DNA from: Calditrichaceae bacterium
Lineage (GTDB): Bacteria; Calditrichota; Calditrichia; Calditrichales; JBFXGD01
Direction of reading: 5' to 3'
NCBI GenBank assembly: GCA_050173015.1
Contig: JBFXLE010000010.1
Span: 32,001 to 96,000 of the forward strand
Length of the DNA: 64,000 nt
The notes under the pieces were generated by a model, which saw nothing but the letters and a program-made list of their open reading frames with translations, was not told where the DNA came from and searched no databases. The number at the start of each line of letters is the position of its first letter. The stretch's first letter is position 1. A program made the position numbers and the translations under genes. This document shows, one piece after another, positions 19,935 to 29,434 of the stretch.

Positions 19935-21617
19935 TCACAATACTTCAACTTTTTTTAAATCTTCAACTGTCAGCTGGAGCCTTTCAGTCCCTCTCCAATT
20001 GTTTATATTCACTCTGAAGGCCACATCAATGGTATCTCCGAACATAATATCATCCTTATAGCATCCTCCGCCCCACCATATACACTCGAACAACTGATTT
20101 CCTCTTTGCACGGATAATTTCAGGTGCTTTCCGTTGCTTAACAACATCATATCACGAACATAAACACTTTTTAGCAAAAGGATTGGTTCGGCGTTGGTCT
20201 CGCCGAAGGGCCCTATTTCCTGAATCACCCTGGCTGTGTTCAGATTAAGCTGATCAATATCTATCACCGAATCAATCACTACTTCCGGTACCAGCTCTTC
20301 ATGACTCAGCGCCTCGTTTGCATAATCTATAAATTCTTTTTTGAACTGACTATAATTTTCCGCGGAAATGGTCAAACCCGCTGCTTTGTGATGGCCTCCG
20401 TAGTTCAAAAAATAATGATTAAACTGTGTCAGCGCGTTGGTCACATGAAAAGCGTCAATACTTCTGGCGGACCCCACATAATTTCCGTTCTCATCCCTGG
20501 TAAATACAAAAGCCGGTCGTAAGTATTTTTCTTTCAGCCTGCCGGAAACCAACCCGATCAAACCGGCTAACCATTCTTCATTTTCAACAAAGATCACTTT
20601 TTCTGAAGGAATCGCGTCATCCGCCGGCATTAAATTGAGCGCGTAATCAAGATAACTGGATTGCAGTGTCTGTCTTTTGCGGTTTAAACTATCAAGATGA
20701 GCCGACAGTTCCAGAGCTTCTTCTTTTGATTCGGTTATCAGCAGTTCAACCGAAATTGTGGCTTCTTCCATCCGTCCGGCAGCATTTAATCTGGGCGCCA
20801 AAAAATAGCCAACAGAGATCGGGGTAACAACTTTCTCTTTCACACCGCTGATTTTTTTTAGCGCCATCAGACCGGGTTTCCGGCTTCCGCTCAGAACCTT
20901 CAGCCCGAATTTCACAAGCGCGTAATTTTCATCCCGCAAGGGCATCACATCCGCGATAGTTCCGATCGCCACTAAATCCAACTGATTCAGCAGAAACTGT
21001 TTAAAATCGTCCTCCTGCATCAGTTTTTCACTCAGGGCGTGCAGCAATTTAAACGCGACCGCTACTCCGCAGATAGTTTTAAATGGATATTCAGAATCGG
21101 TCCTGTTTGGGTTAATCACCGCGCAGGCGTCAGGAAGATCTCCTTCCTGCAAATGGTGATCTGTCACTACAACATCGATACCCAGTGATTTTGCATGATC
21201 GATCGCGTCATGGGCCGTTATTCCGTTATCAACGGTAATAATGAGCTGCATTCCCATTTCAGCGGCCTGATCAACCGCCGACGGTCGCAACCCATAACCG
21301 TCCTTTTCCCTGTGAGGCAGGGCGTATTCCACGGGATATCCAATTTTTCTAAAAAAATATACCATAATTGCCGTGGAAGTCACTCCGTCCACATCATAAT
21401 CGCCAAAAATGAATATTTTTTCTCCGTTATCGATCGCCCGGATGATACGCGTGACGGCTTTTTCCATATCAGGAAGCAGATATGGCGAATGAAGCCGATC
21501 TGATAATTTGAACGGTTCCAAATGATTTGGAGGCAGATCTCTGTTATTAAGTATCACATCAACAATTGAATTTCCAGAGTCGGTATTTAGTATTTTCCAT
21601 AACTTTTCAGGTAGCAT
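19935..21617 (-). CDS. recJ: ssDNA exonuclease RecJ
   Basis: GDYDVDG, TVDNG, TDHH, GTIADV, PRLNAAGR, GSARS, GGHHKAAG. Confidence 0.96.
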   Translation of the reverse strand: MLPEKLWKILNTDSGNSIVDVILNNRDLPPNHLEPFKLSDRLHSPYLLPDMEKAVTRIIRAIDNGEKIFIFGDYDVDGVTSTAIMVYFFRKIGYPVEYALPHREKDGYGLRPSAVDQAAEMGMQLIITVDNGITAHDAIDHAKSLGIDVVVTDHHLQEGDLPDACAVINPNRTDSEYPFKTICGVAVAFKLLHALSEKLMQEDDFKQFLLNQLDLVAIGTIADVMPLRDENYALVKFGLKVLSGSRKPGLMALKKISGVKEKVVTPISVGYFLAPRLNAAGRMEEATISVELLITESKEEALELSAHLDSLNRKRQTLQSSYLDYALNLMPADDAIPSEKVIFVENEEWLAGLIGLVSGRLKEKYLRPAFVFTRDENGNYVGSARSIDAFHVTNALTQFNHYFLNYGGHHKAAGLTISAENYSQFKKEFIDYANEALSHEELVPEVVIDSVIDIDQLNLNTARVIQEIGPFGETNAEPILLLKSVYVRDMMLLSNGKHLKLSVQRGNQLFECIWWGGGCYKDDIMFGDTIDVAFRVNINNWRGTERLQLTVEDLKKVEVL

Positions 21618-21725
21618 ATATTTTTATTTAAACCTCCGGTCCTGTTCAAAATCATGTTTTTAAATTTAGGTAAAAACATCCGTAATGATAATCTATGAAT
21701 TTAAAAGTTTATAATCAAAGCTACT

Positions 21726-24722
21726 TTACAATCTTAAAATGGGAAGATCAGAGAGGTCACCTGAACTTGTCATTTCCTTTAAAAACGGGGACGACTTCTG
21801 CATCTTGCCAAATCGGTTTTTGACTGCTGTCAGGATAACTTCTTTTCTTGCTCTCGTAATCCCGACATAAAGAAGTCGTTTTTGTTCTTCCAGTTTTTTG
21901 GCGACGGGACGGTTATCCTGATCATCTTTTTTATAGGCAAAAAAGCTGGGCATGGTATCATCTTCCAGCCCCTGAATGATCACATGGTCAAACTCCAGTC
22001 CCTTTGCGGAATGATATGTGAGGAGAGAAACGGCATCAATACTTCCAAGACTATCCTGTGGATTTATCAGCAGGATAAACGATAAAAATTCAGCTATTGC
22101 CTGATCGACAGGCTGATGTTTGAACTGATCGGCAATTTCAAGCATTCGTTTGAACGCGTCATCTTTCATGTCATATGCCGTAATGCCCGTCATCACCTGC
22201 TCTGCTCTGCTGCGTATTTTTTCCCTTAATTCCGCTTCCGAATAATTAAATCTAACGGCAAATTTGCTCAATATTTCTGAATAGGGCGAGAGCAATTTAC
22301 GCGCGCCCGAAGCAAAAAATATCCGGTCTTCAACGGCCACCAGTTTGTCTTCCAGTAAATTTCCCAGGGCAACATACTCGGTAAGATTTTCCCCGGCGAT
22401 CCTCATCTCCCTTTTTATGGCAACCTGGTGCATTTTCTGAATAATTTCATGCAGTACGCGCACATCGTCCAGCGCTCTATGTCTGTTCCCGGGATCAAGC
22501 TTAAACCGGTCCGCCAGCGCGTCAATCGAATTTTGCTTAGCTGGATATAAGTGGCGGGCGAAAACAAGTGAATCATAACGTGTGTTCGGAAGCCGGTCAT
22601 TTAGCAGGCCGCGTGAATACCGGTCGATTATTTTAAAATCAAAACTGTATCCGTTATGTGCAATCAATAAATCATTTCCGGCAAAATCGATCATTTTTTT
22701 AATAGCTGTTTTCATGTCGGGAGCATCTCTGATATCTTCTTCGGTGATATGGTGTACCGCCTGCGCTTCCGGTTCGATAGGCATGCCGGGATTAACCAGG
22801 ATTTGAAACTCATCCGTGATTATAGAATCACGTACACGGACGGCCGCGATTTCAACAATCGCGCATTTTTCTGGATCTCTTCCGGTTGTTTCCAGGTCAA
22901 ACACCACATAATCCCTAAAAAATGGCGTGCGGGACTGTTTCAGGCCTGACTGCATTCTTCGAAAAAGCGTAGAAATCGAACCCTTTCTCTTTTCATCAGT
23001 TTTATCGTGCAAAATTTCTACTTCGCAGGACAATTTTTGGTCATTCATAGGCGACAGCAAAATTACCACATCCATAGGATTGATATTGATAATATTCTCA
23101 TTTTTTAAAACATGAACGCGGTTTTGGTATAACAGCTGCAGCATTTGACAGCCGACAAAAGACAATTGCTCGTTCGTGTGATATACCCAAATTTGCGCCT
23201 TCGGATTTCTGGCTTTATTGTTTTCCCTGAAAGCAACATCGGTTATCTTCTCTACATTATGTTCCAGCATGGTTTTTTCCATGTCCTTTGAGCTGCGTAA
23301 TATTTCCAGCACCAGGCTGTCAAACTTGTAAAATGATTTCAGATTCACAAGATTCGCGATGTTTCCGATAAATGCATTTGTTCTCCTTCGAATATCAGAT
23401 CCGATTTCAGCCCGGTTTGAGAAATCGTTCAAAGCCTTCCTGAAAGTAGATTTCTCTCCTAAATTCTGATAATTCTGAATCTGTTTGTATATGTGATGTC
23501 CCAGCTCTATTTCCACCAGCTCTTCAAGGACAAGATTATCGGCCGGATTTCTGATGAGCTTCAGATACGATAAGAGGCGAACCATTTTTGGCTGATCAAG
23601 TAGATTTTTTCCGGATGCCTGTTGATAGGGAATTCTTTCTTTCAGTAACCTGACGGCAATCTGGTCGCCAAACCGGTGCTGAGGATAGATGATGGCTATC
23701 TCGGAGTAATCCGCCTTTTGCGCTGTGTGCCATTCATCTATTTTTTTTACTATAAATTCGATCTCTTTCCCCTCTTCTTCAAACAAAGCTACCTGTATCA
23801 GATCCTCTTTTTGCGCGTCCGGAATGATAACTTTGTCCGGCTCAATCCTGTCCGTCGATTTCACGATGGCTTGAGCCGCCCGGGTGATTTTTTCTCCGCT
23901 TCTGTAGTTAACTTCGAGAAACACCGGTTCTTCTATTAAAAAATCATCCATATACTGGCGTATATTTTCCGGATTGGCGCCCCGCCAGGAATAAATTGAC
24001 TGATCGTCATCAGCCACGACAAAGATATTGCGATGTTTTTCGGCAAGCATTTTGATAATCTGATACTGAACCAAATCCGTATCCTGAAATTCATCAACGA
24101 GAACGGATTGATAGAGAAACCGATACTGATCCAGAATATCCTTATTTGCCTTTAGAAGAGAAAGCGTTTTGACAAGAATTTGATTATAATCGATAAGGCC
24201 GTGTTTTTGGAGATGATTTTCATACTTTTCATAGACCATGGCCGAAAAAGACGGCAGAGGATTGCCTTTTAACAGGAAATTTGAGAACGCCAGCTGAATG
24301 CCTTTGACTACTCTTTCCGGATTTTCCCTAACCTTACCGCTTATCAGGCTTTTTAGAAGACGATTCTGATAATCATCATCACATATGCTAAAATATTTAC
24401 TTAATCCCGCGGGTTCATGGTATTTTCTAAGAATATCAAGACAAAATGAGTGGATGGTTCCGGTCCTTACTTTCTCCGCCTTCGAATCCAGTATCTTTGT
24501 TAATCGCAGTTTTATTTCACCCGCGGCTTTATTGCTGAATGTGAGGGCCAGGATGTTTTCAGGGGGGATATTGTAATGATGAACTTCATAAACAATCCGC
24601 GCGATCAGAGCCCTGGTTTTTCCGGTTCCGGGTCCCGCTATCATCAGCACCGGCTGTCGCGGCGCGGTCACCGCCTTTAGCTGACTTTTGTTTAATTCAT
24701 CTAAAATTTTCCTGACTGACAT
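21726..24722 (-). CDS. UvrD/PcrA-like SF1A helicase with an inserted DEDDh (DnaQ-like) 3'-5' exonuclease domain
   Basis: AGPGTGKT, VDEFQD, DDDQSIYSWRGA, NYRS, HSAKGLEF, EQKRLLYVGITRA; internal FDLETTG / AHNGYSFD / HRALDDV; ATG 24722 preferred over TTG 24764. Confidence 0.9.
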   Translation of the reverse strand: MSVRKILDELNKSQLKAVTAPRQPVLMIAGPGTGKTRALIARIVYEVHHYNIPPENILALTFSNKAAGEIKLRLTKILDSKAEKVRTGTIHSFCLDILRKYHEPAGLSKYFSICDDDYQNRLLKSLISGKVRENPERVVKGIQLAFSNFLLKGNPLPSFSAMVYEKYENHLQKHGLIDYNQILVKTLSLLKANKDILDQYRFLYQSVLVDEFQDTDLVQYQIIKMLAEKHRNIFVVADDDQSIYSWRGANPENIRQYMDDFLIEEPVFLEVNYRSGEKITRAAQAIVKSTDRIEPDKVIIPDAQKEDLIQVALFEEEGKEIEFIVKKIDEWHTAQKADYSEIAIIYPQHRFGDQIAVRLLKERIPYQQASGKNLLDQPKMVRLLSYLKLIRNPADNLVLEELVEIELGHHIYKQIQNYQNLGEKSTFRKALNDFSNRAEIGSDIRRRTNAFIGNIANLVNLKSFYKFDSLVLEILRSSKDMEKTMLEHNVEKITDVAFRENNKARNPKAQIWVYHTNEQLSFVGCQMLQLLYQNRVHVLKNENIININPMDVVILLSPMNDQKLSCEVEILHDKTDEKRKGSISTLFRRMQSGLKQSRTPFFRDYVVFDLETTGRDPEKCAIVEIAAVRVRDSIITDEFQILVNPGMPIEPEAQAVHHITEEDIRDAPDMKTAIKKMIDFAGNDLLIAHNGYSFDFKIIDRYSRGLLNDRLPNTRYDSLVFARHLYPAKQNSIDALADRFKLDPGNRHRALDDVRVLHEIIQKMHQVAIKREMRIAGENLTEYVALGNLLEDKLVAVEDRIFFASGARKLLSPYSEILSKFAVRFNYSEAELREKIRSRAEQVMTGITAYDMKDDAFKRMLEIADQFKHQPVDQAIAEFLSFILLINPQDSLGSIDAVSLLTYHSAKGLEFDHVIIQGLEDDTMPSFFAYKKDDQDNRPVAKKLEEQKRLLYVGITRARKEVILTAVKNRFGKMQKSSPFLKEMTSSGDLSDLPILRL

Positions 24723-24952
24723 CTGCAAATCCCTGTTAGTATTTTTAATCCCGGCGGGTTGCAACTTTTGTTTTCGGATCTAAGAATATTTGATGAGAAT
24801 AACCGGAATTGTGAACGGGCAATTATAAATTTATTGTCTCGTCGCGGCTGTTGATTCCGAATTATGTTCTGAGATACAACCGGATTTAACGGCCGGATAA
24901 TTTATGTTCAAAGATATATGAATAATATACAAAAAACGGATTAGCGTTGTAA

Positions 24953-25411
24953 CTATTTATTTTGACCGTTTAAAAAGGCTCCTAATTGCATGAAGGACAA
25001 TTCAAACTCCTCCTTATGCAAGAACGCCGCGTAACGCTTGCGGCTTGCCACTAATTTTGTATTGTCATAAATTTCAGCGAAATCAACAATATACCGGTAC
25101 CCCTCAAAGCGGCTGGCTGGCAATGGATCATACAGAACAAGCGCATCAGTCAATGCCGGAAATGATTCGTTTGATGTTATGATAACCGGATCCTCCGGCG
25201 CTACGGATGGATCATTCATTATTGAATGGGGCACAAAACTATCCTGTTTCCAATTCCAGAGAAGATTATCGAGATTAAAAGCGCCCTTTTTATCCGCCAC
25301 ATAAACGGTCGCGCGCAATTTTTTATTGAATAATTTTTCGACAATATCGCAGACGTATCTTTCTTTGGCGGTAATTTTTAATTCTATAAATGTAACGGAT
25401 ATTTTTGTCAT
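24953..25411 (-). CDS. holC: DNA polymerase III chi subunit
   Basis: LDNLLWNWKQDSFVPH, PVIIT, YIVDF, SRKRY. Confidence 0.8.
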   Translation of the reverse strand: MTKISVTFIELKITAKERYVCDIVEKLFNKKLRATVYVADKKGAFNLDNLLWNWKQDSFVPHSIMNDPSVAPEDPVIITSNESFPALTDALVLYDPLPASRFEGYRYIVDFAEIYDNTKLVASRKRYAAFLHKEEFELSFMQLGAFLNGQNK

Positions 25412-26034
25412 TAGAAACGTTGCCCGACTTCAAGCCGCAGATCAAATGTTGACTGGTCCTTTCGCTCGCCGATGGTTTCGGTGAACGGAAAAAATCGATA
25501 CTGCAATCTGATTCCAAGGAAATTCTTTGAACTGACATTCGCGTCGATACCCGCGGCGATCAATCCCCCCAGAGTAAGGGAGTACTGGTCTCTTGTTTTT
25601 GTCCCGTCCGGTTTTGTATCATACTCCGGAAAATTCATCCCGTAAACCGGCCCGACGCCAAACTCGAGAAACGGTCTGACATTGTCATCCAAATCATTCG
25701 CGAACATTCTTTTTTTTGCTGTAAACATAAAATCGAGGATATAAACATTGTTATCACCATTGACTGTTCTGGGGTAGCCGTAAATATCAATATAGTTAAA
25801 TTCTTTACTGTCCCTGAGCATAAATCCGTCAAATCCCATTCCGACATGCCAGTAACTTTTAAGAGGCCATTTGATGAAAGCGCCAATCCCGGCTCCGAGT
25901 TCAACCATACTGAATGCTAACCCGCGCTGCCGGTATGTCGTCGGCTGCGGATCCTGCTGAAGATATTGTTCAAATTGGCTGAATCCGTGAATCGGAATTA
26001 AAATTAATAAAAGAATGAATATGTATTTTTTCAA
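25411..26034 (-). CDS. Outer-membrane beta-barrel protein
   Basis: Signal peptide, amphipathic strands (RPFLEFGVGP), terminal Phe (LEVGQRF). Confidence 0.65.
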   Translation of the reverse strand: MKKYIFILLLILIPIHGFSQFEQYLQQDPQPTTYRQRGLAFSMVELGAGIGAFIKWPLKSYWHVGMGFDGFMLRDSKEFNYIDIYGYPRTVNGDNNVYILDFMFTAKKRMFANDLDDNVRPFLEFGVGPVYGMNFPEYDTKPDGTKTRDQYSLTLGGLIAAGIDANVSSKNFLGIRLQYRFFPFTETIGERKDQSTFDLRLEVGQRF

Positions 26035-26428
26035 ATTATCCTCCCGTGCTAAAATATAGTCGATCTCTCAAAACCATTCAACTATTTTTCATCGACAGTT
26101 CCACCTTAAATATAGAGGCTTCTCACTATGATAAACAAAATCCAATTATACCGGTTCCCTGAAAAAGTGATGAGCACTCCTTTCAATATTATATTAGAAG
26201 GAAATTCTCATCATTTTTATTCTGACAATCCGTGTATAAAAATTATAAATGCCGGGTTAACATTTTCATTGATCTATTCTGTCCAATTTTCCCTACAATT
26301 AATTAACACTTTTTAAGGACATCCTTTTGATGTTCATCGTATCAAGTCTATGGGCTTGATTTAAACACTTTAAATGATCATGCCTTTTGATTTGCAAAAA
26401 TTCAAATTTAACATTTTACCTTATAAAC

Positions 26429-26463
26429 AAAAAAATCCCTTTCCACCTGAATGAAAAGGGATT
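26429..26463 (-). terminator. Intrinsic terminator
   Basis: AATCCCTTT/AAAGGGATT stem plus T tract. Confidence 0.65.
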
Positions 26464-26483
26464 AATGATATTTGAAAATTATA

Positions 26484-26885
26484 TTATCTGAACATGGCTT
26501 TTATCGCGCCCCAGGTTCGAAACACACCTGATATATTCGGGTGAACGATCATCGAATCCGTTTCTTCGATAAGTGTATCGCTTTCCCCGACCGCCTTTAT
26601 TTTATAAAAAAGAGCCGTGCCGCTTTTGAACATCACATTCTCATCGACAAAATCATACGAAGTTCCCGGGCCTTTTGGCTTTACACGTTTTAATTCCGCG
26701 AAATCTGTCTGGGATGAGCTTTTTAGTATAATAAAATGCCTGACTCCCTCTTCAGAAGATGTAACCCATGACACGGTCACCTTATCTGTTGTTGGAACAG
26801 CGCTATACTCACTGAATATGATACCCGCAAATAACAACGTTGCCGGTAAAATAATAACTATTAAAAAGAAGAGTGCTTTACGCAT
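26484..26885 (-). CDS. Small secreted FN3-like protein ending in TWGAIKAMFR
   Basis: Signal peptide; VTVSWVTSSE...YDFVD...FYKIKAV beta-sandwich pattern. Confidence 0.6.
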   Translation of the reverse strand: MRKALFFLIVIILPATLLFAGIIFSEYSAVPTTDKVTVSWVTSSEEGVRHFIILKSSSQTDFAELKRVKPKGPGTSYDFVDENVMFKSGTALFYKIKAVGESDTLIEETDSMIVHPNISGVFRTWGAIKAMFR

Positions 26886-26931
26886 GAAGAGTTTTCTGCC
26901 TCATACTATTAATTAATGTAAATATATAATG

Positions 26932-27762
26932 TTAATTAGCTAAATCAAGACTTTTCTGAATAATATGTACCTTTGAACTATGCGGAAGCGGGGGAGAAAT
27001 TAATGACAAGGTGTCCGCGGTTCCGATCTTCAGAATTTCCAGAGTTTCTCCTCCATCCCCTGTTGAAAGCAGTTTGCCGGAAGCATCAAAATATCTGCTT
27101 TCTATGTACTCTCCCTTGATTTTTCCGACGTCAATCATGCCTTTTACACGTGTCTCTTCCCCCATGCCGGCTTCAATATTATTTATTAAAATCGTGATCA
27201 GTCCCTGTGAATTATCGACCCGATTAACAATACCTTGAACTTTAACTGAATCTGTTTTTAATTCTGCGCGTTGCCCTTTGTATATATAGCGGGCCTGTTC
27301 ATAGCTTAACGGTACTTTCAGAATCTGATAGTCATTGTTTCTGATCTCAAATAGCGGGGTCCCTGGACCGATGTTATCACCAACTTTAATAAATACTTTT
27401 GTGATTTCACCCGTCATTGGCGACCGGATGTCAATGGGTGTATATTCTTTTTGTTTTGAAAGGCTCCATAAACCGGCCAGAAAGTCGTTCTGATTTACTT
27501 TCTTGCCTTGTTCCACAAGCAGCGCTATCACATTCGAGCTATCCGCGGAGTATATAATTCTATGTTCAAAAGCTTCTGTCATCCCTTCAAACGGAATATA
27601 TACCTGCCGGTATTCATGATGGATATCCACAGAATCAGCAATCAGATTCATATCCTGAACTATGAGTTTTTGGTCCGGATTCTGATTCGCCTGACTCCCG
27701 CACCCACTAAGAGACAATTGAATCAAAATGCAAATGCCAGTAAAACTAATACCTGTACTCAT
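26932..27762 (-). CDS. Efflux periplasmic adaptor-like lipoprotein (lipoyl-barrel)
   Basis: Lipobox LSGC; IRSPMTGEITKVFIKVGDNI; lacks the usual long hairpin. Confidence 0.6.
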   Translation of the reverse strand: MSTGISFTGICILIQLSLSGCGSQANQNPDQKLIVQDMNLIADSVDIHHEYRQVYIPFEGMTEAFEHRIIYSADSSNVIALLVEQGKKVNQNDFLAGLWSLSKQKEYTPIDIRSPMTGEITKVFIKVGDNIGPGTPLFEIRNNDYQILKVPLSYEQARYIYKGQRAELKTDSVKVQGIVNRVDNSQGLITILINNIEAGMGEETRVKGMIDVGKIKGEYIESRYFDASGKLLSTGDGGETLEILKIGTADTLSLISPPLPHSSKVHIIQKSLDLAN

Positions 27763-27885
27763 TAAGATTATTCCTGATATCTATTAACTCGATTATCGTC
27801 TTAATCCGTTGAATTGACTGATAACGCGGTCCAAAATCAATTTATCCTAAAAAATGATCCATTAATAATCTGGAATAATCGAATC

Positions 27886-27908
27886 TGTACTCCGGTTAGA
27901 TGAGTACA
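27886..27908. promoter_or_regulatory. Inverted repeat TGTACTC-N9-GAGTACA, candidate operator of the RiPP operon
   Basis: Perfect 7-bp arms about 90 bp upstream of the precursor ATG, in a divergent intergenic region. Confidence 0.45.
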
Positions 27909-27996
27909 AAATATTCATTTATCGATGTTAAATTTAAAGTAAATCACTTTTACCGGAAAATAAACAATTTTTATCACAATTAAGGGGGATTTTTTT

Positions 27997-28533
27997 ATGA
28001 GCAAGGAATTTAAGAACCATCATTCAAATAAATTAGCGGGATTTACAAAAGGCTCCATTCTTCTGAGCGCTATTGCCGGATTAACGGTTGGTCAGGCGCC
28101 GGAGAATGTCTTTGCCTATTCACCGCTGGGATCGGGAAGCGAAGTGAGAGAAGCGCTTTCATCTCTGAATAACGCGCCTAAAGCGCCGGCAGAACTCAAA
28201 TGCGCGGGAGAGACTAAGAAATCCGCGGAGAAAAAAGCCGATGCCAAACATGAGGCAAAGGAGATGAAGGATGCAAAAGCGGCCGAGGCAAAATGCGGTG
28301 AAGGGAAATGCGGCGAATCTAAAGCCGATATGAAAAAAGCCGGCGCGATAAAGGACAGCGCGTCAGTAGAATCGAAGGCGGCCGAAGCTAAGTGTGGTGA
28401 GGGTAAATGCGGAGAGGGAAAGTGCGGTGAGGGTAAAGCTTCCGATAAAAAGGCTGTAGATAAAAAAGCCGATGCGGTTAATGATTCAAAGGCAGCGGAA
28501 GCCAAGTGTGGCGAAGGTAAATGCGGACAATAA
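27997..28533 (+). CDS. EGKCG-repeat RiPP precursor (HvfA/oxazolin-like)
   Basis: Signal-like N-terminus; 8 Cys, 7 in E(A/G)KCG and 1 in ELKCAG; directly upstream of DUF692/DUF2063. Confidence 0.9.
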   Translation: MSKEFKNHHSNKLAGFTKGSILLSAIAGLTVGQAPENVFAYSPLGSGSEVREALSSLNNAPKAPAELKCAGETKKSAEKKADAKHEAKEMKDAKAAEAKCGEGKCGESKADMKKAGAIKDSASVESKAAEAKCGEGKCGEGKCGEGKASDKKAVDKKADAVNDSKAAEAKCGEGKCGQ

Positions 28534-28542
28534 TTATTCTTT

Positions 28543-28583
28543 GGGCAGGCATTTCTATCCGCCTGCCCGATTTTTATTTTTTT
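28543..28583 (+). terminator. Terminator-like hairpin between precursor and MNIO genes
   Basis: GGGCAGGC-N10-GCCTGCCC followed by TTTTTATTTTTTT. Confidence 0.65.
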
Positions 28584-28600
28584 AAGGAGTGAGGCCTATA

Positions 28601-29434
28601 ATGATCAAGGGAGCCGGTTTGGGATTCAGGCGGCACCTTGCCGACGATCTGATTGGCGCGGAGAAAAACAAACCGCAGTTTGTGGAATTCGCGCCTGAAA
28701 ACTGGATGGGCATGGGCGGCTACTGGGGTAAAAAATTAAAAGCCGTAGTCGAAAAATATCCGATTATCAACCACGGGTTATCACTTTCCATCGGAAGCCC
28801 CGAACCGCTGGACTGGGATTTCCTGAAAGATCTAAAGAAATTTTTTAATGAATTCCCTGTACAGATTTATTCAGAGCATTTGAGTTACAGTAAATGCAAC
28901 AATGCTCATTTATATGACCTTTTGCCTATCCCCTTCCGCGAAGATGCTGTACGCCATATCGTTGACCGTATCAGACAAATCCAGGATTTTCTTGAACGGC
29001 CCATCGCTATCGAAAATGTTTCTTATTATACACCGGTCGCGGCGGAAATGGATGAAATTACTTTTATTAATACAATTGTTAATGAATCCGGCTGCAACCT
29101 TCTTCTCGACGTTAACAATGTTTATGTCAACGCCTTCAATCATCAATATGACGCCAAGGAGTTCATAAGCGGAATTCCTCTTGATAAAGTCGTTTATATC
29201 CACATGGCGGGTCATGAACAGGTCAGTCCGGACCTGATTATAGATACACACGGCCAGCCCATTATAGATCCCGTATTTGATTTATTTGAATGGACAATCG
29301 AAAGAGTTAAACCGGTTCCGGTACTTCTGGAACGTGATTTTAATATTCCTGAATTTGACGAACTGCAGGTTGAGTTAGGCCGTCTGCAGTCATTAATGGA
29401 ATTGAAATGGGAAGCTCAAAATGTTGTTGCGTGA
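28601..29434 (+). CDS. Multinuclear non-heme iron oxidase (MNIO, DUF692; HvfB-like)
   Basis: GLGFRR, EFAPENW, HGLSLSIGS, YSEHLS, YDLLPIP, IENVSYY, LLLDVNNVYVN, IHMAGH, IDTHG, LLERD; ATG 28601 preferred (track gives 28589). Confidence 0.95.
   Translation: MIKGAGLGFRRHLADDLIGAEKNKPQFVEFAPENWMGMGGYWGKKLKAVVEKYPIINHGLSLSIGSPEPLDWDFLKDLKKFFNEFPVQIYSEHLSYSKCNNAHLYDLLPIPFREDAVRHIVDRIRQIQDFLERPIAIENVSYYTPVAAEMDEITFINTIVNESGCNLLLDVNNVYVNAFNHQYDAKEFISGIPLDKVVYIHMAGHEQVSPDLIIDTHGQPIIDPVFDLFEWTIERVKPVPVLLERDFNIPEFDELQVELGRLQSLMELKWEAQNVVA

Noticed and set aside
28116-28505. Antisense ORF with SPHFPSPH repeats
   Set aside because: Mirror reading of the EGKCG precursor; the many other short antisense ORFs inside long genes were likewise treated as shadows
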